NCBI GenBank assembly: GCA_964057225.1
Contig: OZ059897.1
Location: 19,096,001 to 19,160,000 of the forward strand
Direction: 5' to 3'
DNA from: Auanema rhodensis
Lineage: Eukaryota > Animalia > Nematoda
Length of the DNA: 64,000 nucleotides
Below are positions 42,452-57,546 of this stretch, piece by piece (the stretch's first letter is position 1; each line of letters begins with the position of its first letter). The notes below the pieces were generated by a model. That model was given only the letters and a program-made list of their open reading frames with translations, did no database searches and was not told the origin of the DNA. The position numbers and the translations under genes were made by a program.

Positions 42452-44908
42452 GAGTTTCCATGTACACTCAACATTGCTTCCAAAAACATTTTGACAAAAA
42501 TTTTTTCGAAAAATTTCAAAATAATTTAGCAAAAAGTAGATGTTTTTAGATTCCATTTTTTAAGGCAAAGACGATGGACAATGTTATTCAACGAAAAAAT
42601 TATTTCTTCAGGGTGAAAATCGAGGATATAAGTGTGAACTTATATCAGTTGATATCTCGGTGCATTTTTAAGCTAGCGCAAATCTGATAACACAGATCGA
42701 CGCAGCTTAAAAATCCGCATCGAATGCACTATACTACATTAAGAAACGCTTGATACAAAAATTAGTTATGATCGTTTGAAAAATGATGCATTAGTGTATG
42801 TTGAGTTTCCATGTACACTCAACATTGCTTCCAAAAACATTTTGACAAAAATTTTTTCGAAAAATTTCAAAATAATTTAGCAAAAAGTAGATGTTTTTAG
42901 ATTCCATTTTTCAAGGCAAAGACGATGGACAATGTTATTCAACGAAAAATATAATTCTTCAGGGTGAAAATCGAGGATATAAGTGTGAACTTATATCAGT
43001 TGATATCTCGGTGCATTTTTAAGCTAGCGCAAATCTGATAACACAGATCGACGCAGCTTAAAAATCCGCATCGAATGCACTATACTACATTGAGAAACGC
43101 TTGATACAAAAATTAGTTATGATCGTTTGAAAAATGATGCATTAGTGTATGTTGAGTTTCCATGTACACTCAACATTGCTTCCAAAAACATTTTGACAAA
43201 AATTTTTTCGAAAAATTTCAAAATAATTTAGCAAAAAGTAGATGTTTTTAGATTCCATTTTTTAAGGCAAAGACGATGGACAATGTTATTCAACGAAAAA
43301 ATTATTTCTTCAGGGTGAAAATCGAGGATATAAGTGTGAACTTATATCAGTTGATATCTCGGTGCATTTTTAAGCTAGCGCAAATCTGATAACACAGATC
43401 GACGCAGCTTAAAAATCCGCATCGAATGCACTATACTACATTAAGAAACGCTTGATACAAAAATTAGTTATGATCGTTTGAAAAATGATGCATTAGTGTA
43501 TGTTGAGTTTCCATGTACACTCAACATTGCTTCCAAAAACATTTTGACAAAAATTTTTTCGAAAAATTTCAAAATAATTTAGCAAAAAGTAGATGTTTTT
43601 AGATTCCATTTTTTAAGGCAAAGACGATGGACAATGTTATTCAACGAAAAAATTATTTCTTCAGGGTGAAAATCGAGGATATAAGTGTGAACTTATATCA
43701 GTTGATATCTCGGTGCATTTTTAAGCTAGCGCAAATCTGATAACACAGATCGACGCAGCTTAAAAATCCGCATCGAATGCACTATACTACATTAAGAAAC
43801 GCTTGATACAAAAATTAGTTATGATCGTTTGAAAAATGATGCATTAGTGTATGTTGAGTTTCCATGTACACTCAACATTGCTTCCAAAAACATTTTGACA
43901 AAAATTTTTTCGAAAAATTTCAAAATAATTTAGCAAAAAGTAGATGTTTTTAGATTCCATTTTTCAAGGCAAAGACGATGGACAATGTTATTCAACGAAA
44001 AATATAATTCTTCAGGGTGAAAATCGAGGATATAAGTGTGAACTTATATCAGTTGATATCTCGGTGCATTTTTAAGCTAGCGCAAATCTGATAACACAGA
44101 TCGACGCAGCTTAAAAATCCGCATCGAATGCACTATACTACATTGAGAAACGCTTGATACAAAAATTAGTTATGATCGTTTGAAAAATGATGCATTAGTG
44201 TATGTTGAGTTTCCATGTACACTCAACATTGCTTCCAAAAACATTTTGACAAAAATTTTTTCGAAAAATTTCAAAATAATTTAGCAAAAAGTAGATGTTT
44301 TTAGATTCCATTTTTTAAGGCAAAGACGATGGACAATGTTATTCAACGAAAAAATTATTTCTTCAGGGTGAAAATCGAGGATATAAGTGTGAACTTATAT
44401 CAGTTGATATCTCGGTGCATTTTTAAGCTAGCGCAAATCTGATAACACAGATCGACGCAGCTTAAAAATCCGCATCGAATGCACTATACTACATTAAGAA
44501 ACGCTTGATACAAAAATTAGTTATGATCGTTTGAAAAATGATGCATTAGTGTATGTTGAGTTTCCATGTACACTCAACATTGCTTCCAAAAACATTTTGA
44601 CAAAAATTTTTTCGAAAAATTTCAAAATAATTTAGCAAAAAGTAGATGTTTTTAGATTCCATTTTTCAAGGCAAAGACGATGGACAATGTTATTCAACGA
44701 AAAAATTAATTCTTCAGGGTGAAAATCGAGGATATAAGTGTGAACTTATATCAGTTGATATCTCGGTGCATTTTTAAGCTAGCGCAAATCTGATAACACA
44801 GATCGACGCAGCTTAAAAATCCGCATCGAATGCACTATACTACATTGAGAAACGCTTAATACAAAAATTAGTTATGATCGTTTGAAAAATGATGCATTAG
44901 TGAATGTT
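42452..44908. repeat. Transition zone with private monomer types (A-B-A-A-B-A)
   Basis: Type A is CCATTTTTTAAGG + ATTAAGAAACG; type B is GAAAAATATAATTC. I did not see these combinations elsewhere in the window. Confidence 0.8.
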
Positions 44909-47900
44909 GAGTTTCCATGTACACTCAACATTGCTTCCAAAAACATTTTGACAAAAATTTTTTCGAAAAATTTCAAAATAATTTAGCAAAAAGTAGATGT
45001 TTTTAGATTCCTTTTTTCAAGGCAGAGACGATGGACAATGTTATTCAACGAAAAAATTAATTCTTCAGGGTGAAAATCGAGGATATAAGTGTGAACTTAT
45101 ATCAGTTGATATCTCGGTGCATTTTTAAGCTAGCGCAAATCTGATAACACAGATCGACGCAGCTTAAAAATCCGCATCGAATGCACTATACTACATTGAG
45201 AAACGCTTGATACAAAAATTAGTTATGATCGTTTGAAAAATGATGCATTAGTGTATGTTGAGTTTCCATGTACACTCAACATTGCTTCCAAAAACATTTT
45301 GACAAAAATTTTTTCGAAAAATTTCAAAATAATTCAGCAAAAAGTAGATGTTTTTAGATTCCATTTTTCAAGGCAAAGACGATGGACAATGTTATTCAAC
45401 GAAAAAATTATTTCTTCAGGGTGAAAATCGAGGATATAAGTGTGAACTTATATCAGTTGATATCTCGGTGCATTTTTAAGCTAGCGCAAATCTGATAACA
45501 CAGATCGACGCAGCTTAAAAATCCGCATCGAATGCACTATACTACATTGAGAAACGCTTAATACAAAAATTAGTTATGATCGTTTGAAAAATGATGCATT
45601 AGTGTATGTTGAGTTTCCATGTACACTCAACATTGCTTCCAAAAACATTTTGACAAAAATTTTTTCGAAAAATTTCAAAATAATTTAGCAAAAAGTAGAT
45701 GTTTTTAGATTCCTTTTTTCAAGGCAAAGACGATGGACAATGTTATTCAACGAAAAAAATTAATTCTTCAGGGTGAAAATCGGGTATATATGTGTGTACT
45801 TATATCAGTTGATATCTCGGTGCATTTTTAAGCTAGCGCAAATCTGATAACACAGATCGACGCAGCTTAAAAATCCGCATCGAATGCACTATACTACATT
45901 GAGAAACACTTGATACAAAAATTAGTTATGATCGTTTGAAAAATGATGCATTAGTGTATGTTGAGTTTCCATGTACACTCAACATTGCTTCCAAAAACAT
46001 TTTGACAAAAATTTTTTCGAAAAATTTCAAAATAATTCAGCAAAAAGTAGATGTTTTTAGATTCCATTTTTCAAGGCAAAGACGATGGACAATGTTATTC
46101 AACGAAAAAATTATTTCTTCAGGGTGAAAATCGAGGATATAAGTGTGAACTTATATCAGTTGATATCTCGGTGCATTTTTAAGCTAGCGCAAATCTGATA
46201 ACACAGATCGACGCAGCTTAAAAATCCGCATCGAATGCACTATACTACATTGAGAAACACTTGATACAAAAATTAGTTATGATCGTTTGAAAAATGATGC
46301 ATTAGTGTATGTTGAGTTTCCATGTACACTCAACATTGCTTCCAAAAACATTTTGACAAAAATTTTTTCGAAAAATTTCAAAATAATTCAGCAAAAAGTA
46401 GATGTTTTTAGATTCCATTTTTCAAGGCAAAGACGATGGACAATGTTATTCAACGAAAAAATTAATTCTTCAGGGTGAAAATCGAGGATATAAGTGTGAA
46501 CTTATAAAAGTTGATATCTCGGTGCATTTTTAAGCTAGCGCAAATCTGATAACACAGATCGACGCAGCTTAAAAATCCGCATCGAATGCACTATACTACA
46601 TTGAGAAACGCTTAATACAAAAATTAGTTATGATCGTTTGAAAAATGATGCATTAGTGTATGTTGAGTTTCCATGTACACTCAACATTGCTTCCAAAAAC
46701 ATTTTGACAAAAATTTTTTCGAAAAATTTCAAAATAATTTAGCAAAAAGTAGATGTTTTTAGATTCCTTTTTTCAAGGCAGAGACGATGGACAATGTTAT
46801 TCAACGAAAAAATTAATTCTTCAGGGTGAAAATCGAGGATATAAGTGTGAACTTATATCAGTTGATATCTCGGTGCATTTTTAAGCTAGCGCAAATCTGA
46901 TAACACAGATCGACGCAGCTTAAAAATCCGCATCGAATGCACTATACTACATTGAGAAACGCTTAATACAAAAATTAGTTATGATCGTTTGAAAAATGAT
47001 GCATTAGTGTATGTTGAGTTTCCATGTACACTCAACATTGCTTCCAAAAACATTTTGACAAAAATTTTTTCGAAAAATTTCAAAATAATTTAGCAAAAAG
47101 TAGATGTTTTTAGATTCCTTTTTTCAAGGCAGAGACGATGGACAATGTTATTCAACGAAAAAATTAATTCTTCAGGGTGAAAATCGAGGATATAAGTGTG
47201 AACTTATATCAGTTGATATCTCGGTGCATTTTTAAGCTAGCGCAAATCTGATAACACAGATCGACGCAGCTTAAAAATCCGCATCGAATGCACTATACTA
47301 CATCGAGAAACGCTTGATACAAAAATTAGTTATGATCGTTTGAAAAATGATGCATTAGTGTATGTTGAGTTTCCATGTACACTCAACATTGCTTCCAAAA
47401 ACATTTTGACAAAAATTTTTTCGAAAAATTTCAAAATAATTTAGCAAAAAGTAGATGTTTTTAGATTCCTTTTTTCAAGGCAGAGACGATGGACAATGTT
47501 ATTCAACGAAAAAATTAATTCTTCAGGGTGAAAATCGAGGATATAAGTGTGAACTTATATCAGTTGATATCTCGGTGCATTTTTAAGCTAGCGCAAATCT
47601 GATAACACAGATCGACGCAGCTTAAAAATCCGCATCGAATGCACTATACTACATTGAGAAACGCTTAATACAAAAATTAGTTATGATCGTTTGAAAAATG
47701 ATGCATTAGTGTATGTTGAGTTTCCATGTACACTCAACATTGCTTCCAAAAACATTTTGACAAAAATTTTTTCGAAAAATTTCAAAATAATTTAGCAAAA
47801 AGTAGATGTTTTTAGATTCCTTTTTTCAAGGCAGAGACGATGGACAATGTTATTCAACGAAAAAATTAATTCTTCAGGGTGAAAATCGAGGATATAAGTG

Positions 47901-50900
47901 TGAACTTATATCAGTTGATATCTCGGTGCATTTTTAAGCTAGCGCAAATCTGATAACACAGATCGACGCAGCTTAAAAATCCGCATCGAATGCACTATAC
48001 TACATCGAGAAACGCTTGATACAAAAATTAGTTATGATCGTTTGAAAAATGATGCATTAGTGTATGTTGAGTTTCCATGTACACTCAACATTGCTTCCAA
48101 AAACATTTTGACAAAAATTTTTTCGAAAAATTTCAAAATAATTCAGCAAAAAGTAGATGTTTTTAGATTCCATTTTTCAAGGCAAAGACGATGGACAATG
48201 TTATTCAACGAAAAAATTATTTCTTCAGGGTGAAAATCGAGGATATAAGTGTGAACTTATATCAGTTGATATCTCGGTGCATTTTTAAGCTAGCGCAAAT
48301 CTGATAACACAGATCGACGCAGCTTAAAAATCCGCATCGAATGCACTATACTACATTGAGAAACGCTTAATACAAAAATTAGTTATGATCGTTTGAAAAA
48401 TGATGCATTAGTGTATGTTGAGTTTCCATGTACACTCAACATTGCTTCCAAAAACATTTTGACAAAAATTTTTTCGAAAAATTTCAAAATAATTTAGCAA
48501 AAAGTAGATGTTTTTAGATTCCTTTTTTCAAGGCAGAGACGATGGACAATGTTATTCAACGAAAAAATTAATTCTTCAGGGTGAAAATCGAGGATATAAG
48601 TGTGAACTTATATCAGTTGATATCTCGGTGCATTTTTAAGCTAGCGCAAATCTGATAACACAGATCGACGCAGCTTAAAAATCCGCATCGAATGCACTAT
48701 ACTACATTGAGAAACGCTTGATACAAAAATTAGTTATGATCGTTTGAAAAATGATGCATTAGTGTATGTTGAGTTTCCATGTACACTCAACATTGCTTCC
48801 AAAAACATTTTGACAAAAATTTTTTCGAAAAATTTCAAAATAATTCAGCAAAAAGTAGATGTTTTTAGATTCCATTTTTCAAGGCAAAGACGATGGACAA
48901 TGTTATTCAACGAAAAAATTATTTCTTCAGGGTGAAAATCGAGGATATAAGTGTGAACTTATATCAGTTGATATCTCGGTGCATTTTTAAGCTAGCGCAA
49001 ATCTGATAACACAGATCGACGCAGCTTAAAAATCCGCATCGAATGCACTATACTACATTGAGAAACGCTTAATACAAAAATTAGTTATGATCGTTTGAAA
49101 AATGATGCATTAGTGTATGTTGAGTTTCCATGTACACTCAACATTGCTTCCAAAAACATTTTGACAAAAATTTTTTCGAAAAATTTCAAAATAATTTAGC
49201 AAAAAGTAGATGTTTTTAGATTCCTTTTTTCAAGGCAAAGACGATGGACAATGTTATTCAACGAAAAAAATTAATTCTTCAGGGTGAAAATCGGGTATAT
49301 ATGTGTGTACTTATATCAGTTGATATCTCGGTGCATTTTTAAGCTAGCGCAAATCTGATAACACAGATCGACGCAGCTTAAAAATCCGCATCGAATGCAC
49401 TATACTACATTGAGAAACACTTGATACAAAAATTAGTTATGATCGTTTGAAAAATGATGCATTAGTGTATGTTGAGTTTCCATGTACACTCAACATTGCT
49501 TCCAAAAACATTTTGACAAAAATTTTTTCGAAAAATTTCAAAATAATTCAGCAAAAAGTAGATGTTTTTAGATTCCATTTTTCAAGGCAAAGACGATGGA
49601 CAATGTTATTCAACGAAAAAATTATTTCTTCAGGGTGAAAATCGAGGATATAAGTGTGAACTTATATCAGTTGATATCTCGGTGCATTTTTAAGCTAGCG
49701 CAAATCTGATAACACAGATCGACGCAGCTTAAAAATCCGCATAATGCACTATACTACATTGAGAAACACTTGATACAAAAATTAGTTATGATCGTTTGAA
49801 AAATGATGCATTAGTGTATGTTGAGTTTCCATGTACACTCAACATTGCTTCCAAAAACATTTTGACAAAAATTTTTTCGAAAAATTTCAAAATAATTCAG
49901 CAAAAAGTAGATGTTTTTAGATTCCATTTTTCAAGGCAAAGACGATGGACAATGTTATTCAACGAAAAAATTAATTCTTCAGGGTGAAAATCGAGGATAT
50001 AAGTGTGAACTTATAAAAGTTGATATCTCGGTGCATTTTTAAGCTAGCGCAAATCTGATAACACAGATCGACGCAGCTTAAAAATCCGCATCGAATGCAC
50101 TATACTACATTGAGAAACGCTTAATACAAAAATTAGTTATGATCGTTTGAAAAATGATGCATTAGTGTATGTTGAGTTTCCATGTACACTCAACATTGCT
50201 TCCAAAAACATTTTGACAAAAATTTTTTCGAAAAATTTCAAAATAATTTAGCAAAAAGTAGATGTTTTTAGATTCCTTTTTTCAAGGCAGAGACGATGGA
50301 CAATGTTATTCAACGAAAAAATTAATTCTTCAGGGTGAAAATCGAGGATATAAGTGTGAACTTATATCAGTTGATATCTCGGTGCATTTTTAAGCTAGCG
50401 CAAATCTGATAACACAGATCGACGCAGCTTAAAAATCCGCATCGAATGCACTATACTACATTGAGAAACGCTTAATACAAAAATTAGTTATGATCGTTTG
50501 AAAAATGATGCATTAGTGTATGTTGAGTTTCCATGTACACTCAACATTGCTTCCAAAAACATTTTGACAAAAATTTTTTCGAAAAATTTCAAAATAATTT
50601 AGCAAAAAGTAGATGTTTTTAGATTCCTTTTTTCAAGGCAGAGACGATGGACAATGTTATTCAACGAAAAAATTAATTCTTCAGGGTGAAAATCGAGGAT
50701 ATAAGTGTGAACTTATATCAGTTGATATCTCGGTGCATTTTTAAGCTAGCGCAAATCTGATAACACAGATCGACGCAGCTTAAAAATCCGCATCGAATGC
50801 ACTATACTACATCGAGAAACGCTTGATACAAAAATTAGTTATGATCGTTTGAAAAATGATGCATTAGTGTATGTTGAGTTTCCATGTACACTCAACATTG

Positions 50901-51928
50901 CTTCCAAAAACATTTTGACAAAAATTTTTTCGAAAAATTTCAAAATAATTTAGCAAAAAGTAGATGTTTTTAGATTCCTTTTTTCAAGGCAGAGACGATG
51001 GACAATGTTATTCAACGAAAAAATTAATTCTTCAGGGTGAAAATCGAGGATATAAGTGTGAACTTATATCAGTTGATATCTCGGTGCATTTTTAAGCTAG
51101 CGCAAATCTGATAACACAGATCGACGCAGCTTAAAAATCCGCATCGAATGCACTATACTACATTGAGAAACGCTTAATACAAAAATTAGTTATGATCGTT
51201 TGAAAAATGATGCATTAGTGTATGTTGAGTTTCCATGTACACTCAACATTGCTTCCAAAAACATTTTGACAAAAATTTTTTCGAAAAATTTCAAAATAAT
51301 TTAGCAAAAAGTAGATGTTTTTAGATTCCTTTTTTCAAGGCAGAGACGATGGACAATGTTATTCAACGAAAAAATTAATTCTTCAGGGTGAAAATCGAGG
51401 ATATAAGTGTGAACTTATATCAGTTGATATCTCGGTGCATTTTTAAGCTAGCGCAAATCTGATAACACAGATCGACGCAGCTTAAAAATCCGCATCGAAT
51501 GCACTATACTACATCGAGAAACGCTTGATACAAAAATTAGTTATGATCGTTTGAAAAATGATGCATTAGTGTATGTTGAGTTTCCATGTACACTCAACAT
51601 TGCTTCCAAAAACATTTTGACAAAAATTTTTTCGAAAAATTTCAAAATAATTCAGCAAAAAGCAGATGTTTTTAGATTCCATTTTTCAAGGCAAAGACGA
51701 TGGACAATGTTATTCAACGAAAAAATTATTTCTTCAGGGTGAAAATCGAGGATATAAGTGTGAACTTATATCAGTTGATATCTCGGTGCATTTTTAAGCT
51801 AGCGCAAATCTGATAACACAGATCGACGCAGCTTAAAAATCCGCATCGAATGCACTATACTACATTGAGAAACGCTTAATACAAAAATTAGTTATGATCG
51901 TTTGAAAAATGATGCATTAGTGTATGTT
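44909..51928. repeat. 10-mer higher-order repeat x2 (3511 and 3509 bp)
   Basis: The same order of ten monomer types at 44909-48419 and 48420-51928. ORF offsets 45233 to 48744 and 45936 to 49447 are 3511 bp; 46287 to 49796 and 48042 to 51551 are 3509 bp, after a 2-bp loss at ~49742. Confidence 0.9.
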
Positions 51929-54900
51929 GAGTTTCCATGTACACTCAACATTGCTTCCAAAAACATTTTGACAAAAATTTTTTCGAAAAATTTCAAAATA
52001 ATTTAGCAAAAAGTAGATGTTTTAAGATTCAATTTTTCAAGGCAAAGACGATGGACAATGTTATTCAACGAAAAAATTATTTCTTCAGGGTGAAAATCGA
52101 GGATATATGTGTGAACTTATATCAGTTGATATCTCGGTGCATTTGTAAGCTAGCGCAAATCTGATAACACAGATCGACGCAGCTTAAAAATCCGCATCGA
52201 ATGCACTATACTACATTGAGAAACGCTTAATACAAAAATAAGTTATGATCGTTTGAAAAATGATGCATTAGTGTATGTTGAGTTTCCATGTACACTCAAC
52301 ATTGCTTCCAAAAACATTTTGACAAAAATTTTTTCGAAAAATTTCAAAATAATTTAGCAAAAAGTAGATGTTTTTAGATTCCTTTTTTCAAGGCAAAGAC
52401 GATGGACAATGTTATTCAACGAAAAAAATTAATTCTTCAGGGTGAAAATCGGGTATATATGTGTGTACTTATATCAGTTGATATCTCGGTGCATTTTTAA
52501 GCTAGCGCAAATCTGATAACACAGATCGACGCAGCTTAAAAATCCGCATCGAATGCACTATACTACATTGAGAAACACTTGATACAAAAATTAGTTATGA
52601 TCGTTTGAAAAATGATGCATTAGTGTATGTTGAGTTTCCATGTACACTCAACATTGCTTCCAAAAACATTTTGACAAAAATTTTTTCGAAAAATTTCAAA
52701 ATAATTCAGCAAAAAGTAGATGTTTTTAGATTCCATTTTTCAAGGCAAAGACGATGGACAATGTTATTCAACGAAAAAATTATTTCTTCAGGGTGAAAAT
52801 CGAGGATATAAGTGTGAACTTATATCAGTTGATATCTCGGTGCATTTTTAAGCTAGCGCAAATCTGATAACACAGATCGACGCAGCTTAAAAATCCGCAT
52901 CGAATGCACTATACTACATTGAGAAACGCTTAATACAAAAATTAGTTATGATCGTTTGAAAAATGATGCATTAGTGTATGTTGAGTTTCCATGTACACTC
53001 AACATTGCTTCCAAAAACATTTTGACAAAAATTTTTTCGAAAAATTTCAAAATAATTTAGCAAAAAGTAGATGTTTTTAGATTCCTTTTTTCAAGGCAGA
53101 GACGATGGACAATGTTATTCAACGAAAAAATTAATTCTTCAGGGTGAAAATCGAGGATATAAGTGTGAACTTATATCAGTTGATATCTCGGTGCATTTTT
53201 AAGCTAGCGCAAATCTGATAACACAGATCGACGCAGCTTAAAAATCCGCATCGAATGCATTATACTACATCGAGAAACGCTTGATACAAAAATTAGTTAT
53301 GATCGTTTGAAAAATGATGCATTAGTGTATGTTGAGTTTCCATGTACACTCAACATTGCTTCCAAAAACATTTTGACAAAAATCTTTTCGAAAAATTTCA
53401 AAATAATTCAGCAAAAAGTAGATGTTTTTAGATTCCATTTTTCAAGGCAAAGACGATGGACAATGTTATTCAACGAAAAAATTATTTCTTCAGGGTGAAA
53501 ATCGAGGATATAAGTGTGAACTTATATCAGTTGATATCTCGGTGCATTTTTAAGCTAGCGCAAATCTGATAACACAGATCGACGCAGCTTAAAAATCCGC
53601 ATCGAATGCACTATACTACATTGAGAAACGCTTAATACAAAAATTAGTTATGATCGTTTGAAAAATGATGCATTAGTGTATGTTGAGTTTCCATGTACAC
53701 TCAACATTGCTTCCAAAAACATTTTGACAAAAATTTTTTCGAAAAATTTCAAAATAATTTAGCAAAAAGTAGATGTTTTTAGATTCCTTTTTTCAAGGCA
53801 GAGACGATGGACAATGTTATTCAACGAAAAAATTAATTCTTCAGGGTGAAAATCGAGGATATAAGTGTGAACTTATATCAGTTGATATCTCGGTGCATTT
53901 TTAAGCTAGCGCAAATCTGATAACACAGATCGACGCAGCTTAAAAATCCGCATCGAATGCATTATACTACATCGAGAAACGCTTGATACAAAAATTAGTT
54001 ATGATCGTTTGAAAAATGATGCATTAGTGTATGTTGAGTTTCCATGTACACTCAACATTGCTTCCAAAAACATTTTGACAAAAATCTTTTCGAAAAATTT
54101 CAAAATAATTCAGCAAAAAGTAGATGTTTTTAGATTCCATTTTTCAAGGCAAAGACGATGGACAATGTTATTCAACGAAAAAATTATTTCTTCAGGGTGA
54201 AAATCGAGGATATAAGTGTGAACTTATATCAGTTGATATCTCGGTGCATTTTTAAGCTAGCGCAAATCTGATAACACAGATCGACGCAGCTTAAAAATCC
54301 GCATCGAATGCACTATACTACATTGAGAAACGCTTAATACAAAAATTAGTTATGATCGTTTGAAAAATGATGCATTAGTGTATGTTGAGTTTCCATGTAC
54401 ACTCAACATTGCTTCCAAAAACATTTTGACAAAAATTTTTTCGAAAAATTTCAAAATAATTTAGCAAAAAGTAGATGTTTTAAGATTCAATTTTTCAAGG
54501 CAAAGACGATGGACAATGTTATTCAACGAAAAAATTATTTCTTCAGGGTGAAAATCGAGGATATATGTGTGAACTTATATCAGTTGATATCTCGGTGCAT
54601 TTTTAAGCTAGCGCAAATCTGATAACACAGATCGACGCAGCTTAAAAATCCGCATCGAATGCACTATACTACATTGAGAAACGCTTAATACAAAAATTAG
54701 TTATGATCGTTTGAAAAATGATGCATTAGTGTATGTTGAGTTTCCATGTACACTCAACATTGCTTCCAAAAACATTTTGACAAAAATTTTTTCGAAAAAT
54801 TTCAAAATAATTCAGCAAAAAGTAGATGTTTTTAGATTCCATTTTTCAAGGCAAAGACGATGGACAATGTTATTCAACGAAAAAATTATTTCTTCAGGGT

Positions 54901-57546
54901 GAAAATCGAGGATATAAGTGTGAACTTATATCAGTTGATATCTCGGTGCATTTTTAAGCTAGCGCAAATCTGATAACACAGATCGACGCAGCTTAAAAAT
55001 CCGCATCGAATGCACTATACTACATTGAGAAACGCTTAATACAAAAATTAGTTATGATCGTTTGAAAAATGATGCATTAGTGTATGTTGAGTTTCCATGT
55101 ACACTCAACATTGCTTCCAAAAACATTTTGACAAAAATTTTTTCGAAAAATTTCAAAATAATTTAGCAAAAAGTAGATGTTTTTAGATTCCTTTTTTCAA
55201 GGCAAAGACGATGGACAATGTTATTCAACGAAAAAAATTAATTCTTCAGGGTGAAAATCGGGTATATATGAGTGTACTTATATCAGTTGATATCTCGGTG
55301 CATTTTTAAGCTAGCGCAAATCTGATAACACAGATCGACGCAGCTTAAAAATCCGCATCGAATGCACTATACTACATTGAGAAACACTTGATACAAAAAT
55401 TAGTTATGATCGTTTGAAAAATGATGCATTAGTGTATGTTGAGTTTCCATGTACACTCAACATTGCTTCCAAAAACATTTTGACAAAAATTTTTTCGAAA
55501 AATTTCAAAATAATTCAGCAAAAAGTAGATGTTTTTAGATTCCATTTTTCAAGGCAAAGACGATGGACAATGTTATTCAACGAAAAAATTAATTCTTCAG
55601 GGTGAAAATCGAGGATATAAGTGTGAACTTATAAAAGTTGATATCTCGGTGCATTTTTAAGCTAGCGCAAATCTGATAACACAGATCGACGCAGCTTAAA
55701 AATCCGCATCGAATGCACTATACTACATTGAGAAACGCTTAATACAAAAATTAGTTATGATCGTTTGAAAAATGATGCATTAGTGTATGTTGAGTTTCCA
55801 TGTACACTCAACATTGCTTCCAAAAACATTTTGACAAAAATTTTTTCGAAAAATTTCAAAATAATTTAGCAAAAAGTAGATGTTTTTAGATTCCTTTTTT
55901 CAAGGCAGAGACGATGGACAATGTTATTCAACGAAAAAATTAATTCTTCAGGGTGAAAATCGAGGATATAAGTGTGAACTTATATCAGTTGATATCTCGG
56001 TGCATTTTTAAGCTAGCGCAAATCTGATAACACAGATCGACGCAGCTTAAAAATCCGCATCGAATGCACTATACTACATTGAGAAACGCTTAATACAAAA
56101 ATTAGTTATGATCGTTTGAAAAATGATGCATTGGTGTATGTTGAGTTTCCATGTACACTCAACATTGCTTCCAAAAACATTTTGACAAAAATTTTTTCGA
56201 AAAATTTCAAAATAATTTAGCAAAAAGTAGATGTTTTTAGATTCCTTTTTTCAAGGCAGAGACGATGGACAATGTTATTCAACGAAAAAATTAATTCTTC
56301 AGGGTGAAAATCGAGGATATAAGTGTGAACTTATATCAGTTGATATCTCGGTGCATTTTTAAGCTAGCGCAAATCTGATAACACAGATCGACGCAGCTTA
56401 AAAATCCGCATCGAATGCACTATACTACATTGAGAAACGCTTGATACAAAAATTAGTTATGATCGTTTGAAAAATGATGCATTAGTGTATGTTGAGTTTC
56501 CATGTACACTCAACATTGCTTCCAAAAACATTTTGACAAAAATTTTTTCGAAAAATTTCAAAATAATTCAGCAAAAAGTAGATGTTTTTAGATTCCATTT
56601 TTCAAGGCAAAGACGATGGACAATGTTATTCAACGAAAAAATTATTTCTTCAGGGTGAAAATCGAGGATATAAGTGTGAACTTATATCAGTTGATATCTC
56701 GGTGCATTTTTAAGCTAGCGCGAATCTGATAACACAGATCGACGCAGCTTAAAAATCCGCATCGAATGCACTATACTACATTGAGAAACGCTTAATACAA
56801 AAATTAGTTATGATCGTTTGAAAAATGATGCATTAGTGTATGTTGAGTTTCCATGTACACTCAACATTGCTTCCAAAATTATTTTGACAAAAATTTTTTC
56901 GAAAAATTTCAAAATAATTCAGCAAAAAGTAGATGTTTTTAGATTCCATTTTTCAAGGCAAAGACGATGGACAATGTTATTCAACGAAAAAATTAATTCT
57001 TCAGGGTGAAAATCGAGGATATAAGTGTGAACTTATAAAAGTTGATATCTCGGTGCATTTTTAAGCTAGCGCAAATCTGATAACACAGATCGACGCAGCT
57101 TAAAAATCCGCATCGAATGCACTATACTACATTGAGAAACGCTTAATACAAAAATTAGTTATGATCGTTTGAAAAATGATGCATTAGTGTATGTTGAGTT
57201 TCCATGTACACTCAACATTGCTTCCAAAAACATTTTGACAAAAATTTTTTCGAAAAATTTCAAAATAATTCAGCAAAAAGTAGATGTTTTTAGATTCCAT
57301 TTTTCAAGGCAAAGACGATGGACAATGTTATTCAACGAAAAAATTATTTCTTCAGGGTGAAAATCGAGGATATAAGTGTGAACTTATATCAGTTGATATC
57401 TCGGTGCATTTTTAAGCTAGCGCAAATCTGATAACACAGATCGACGCAGCTTAAAAATCCGCATCGAATGCACTATACTACATTGAGAAACGCTTAATAC
57501 AAAAATTAGTTATGATCGTTTGAAAAATGATGCATTAGTGTATGTT

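Noticed and set aside
45233-45424. Repeated 63-aa ORF (MKNDALVYVEF...)
   Set aside because: It starts at TTG and is opened only by the T76C variant removing a TAG. Useful as a subfamily marker, not a gene.
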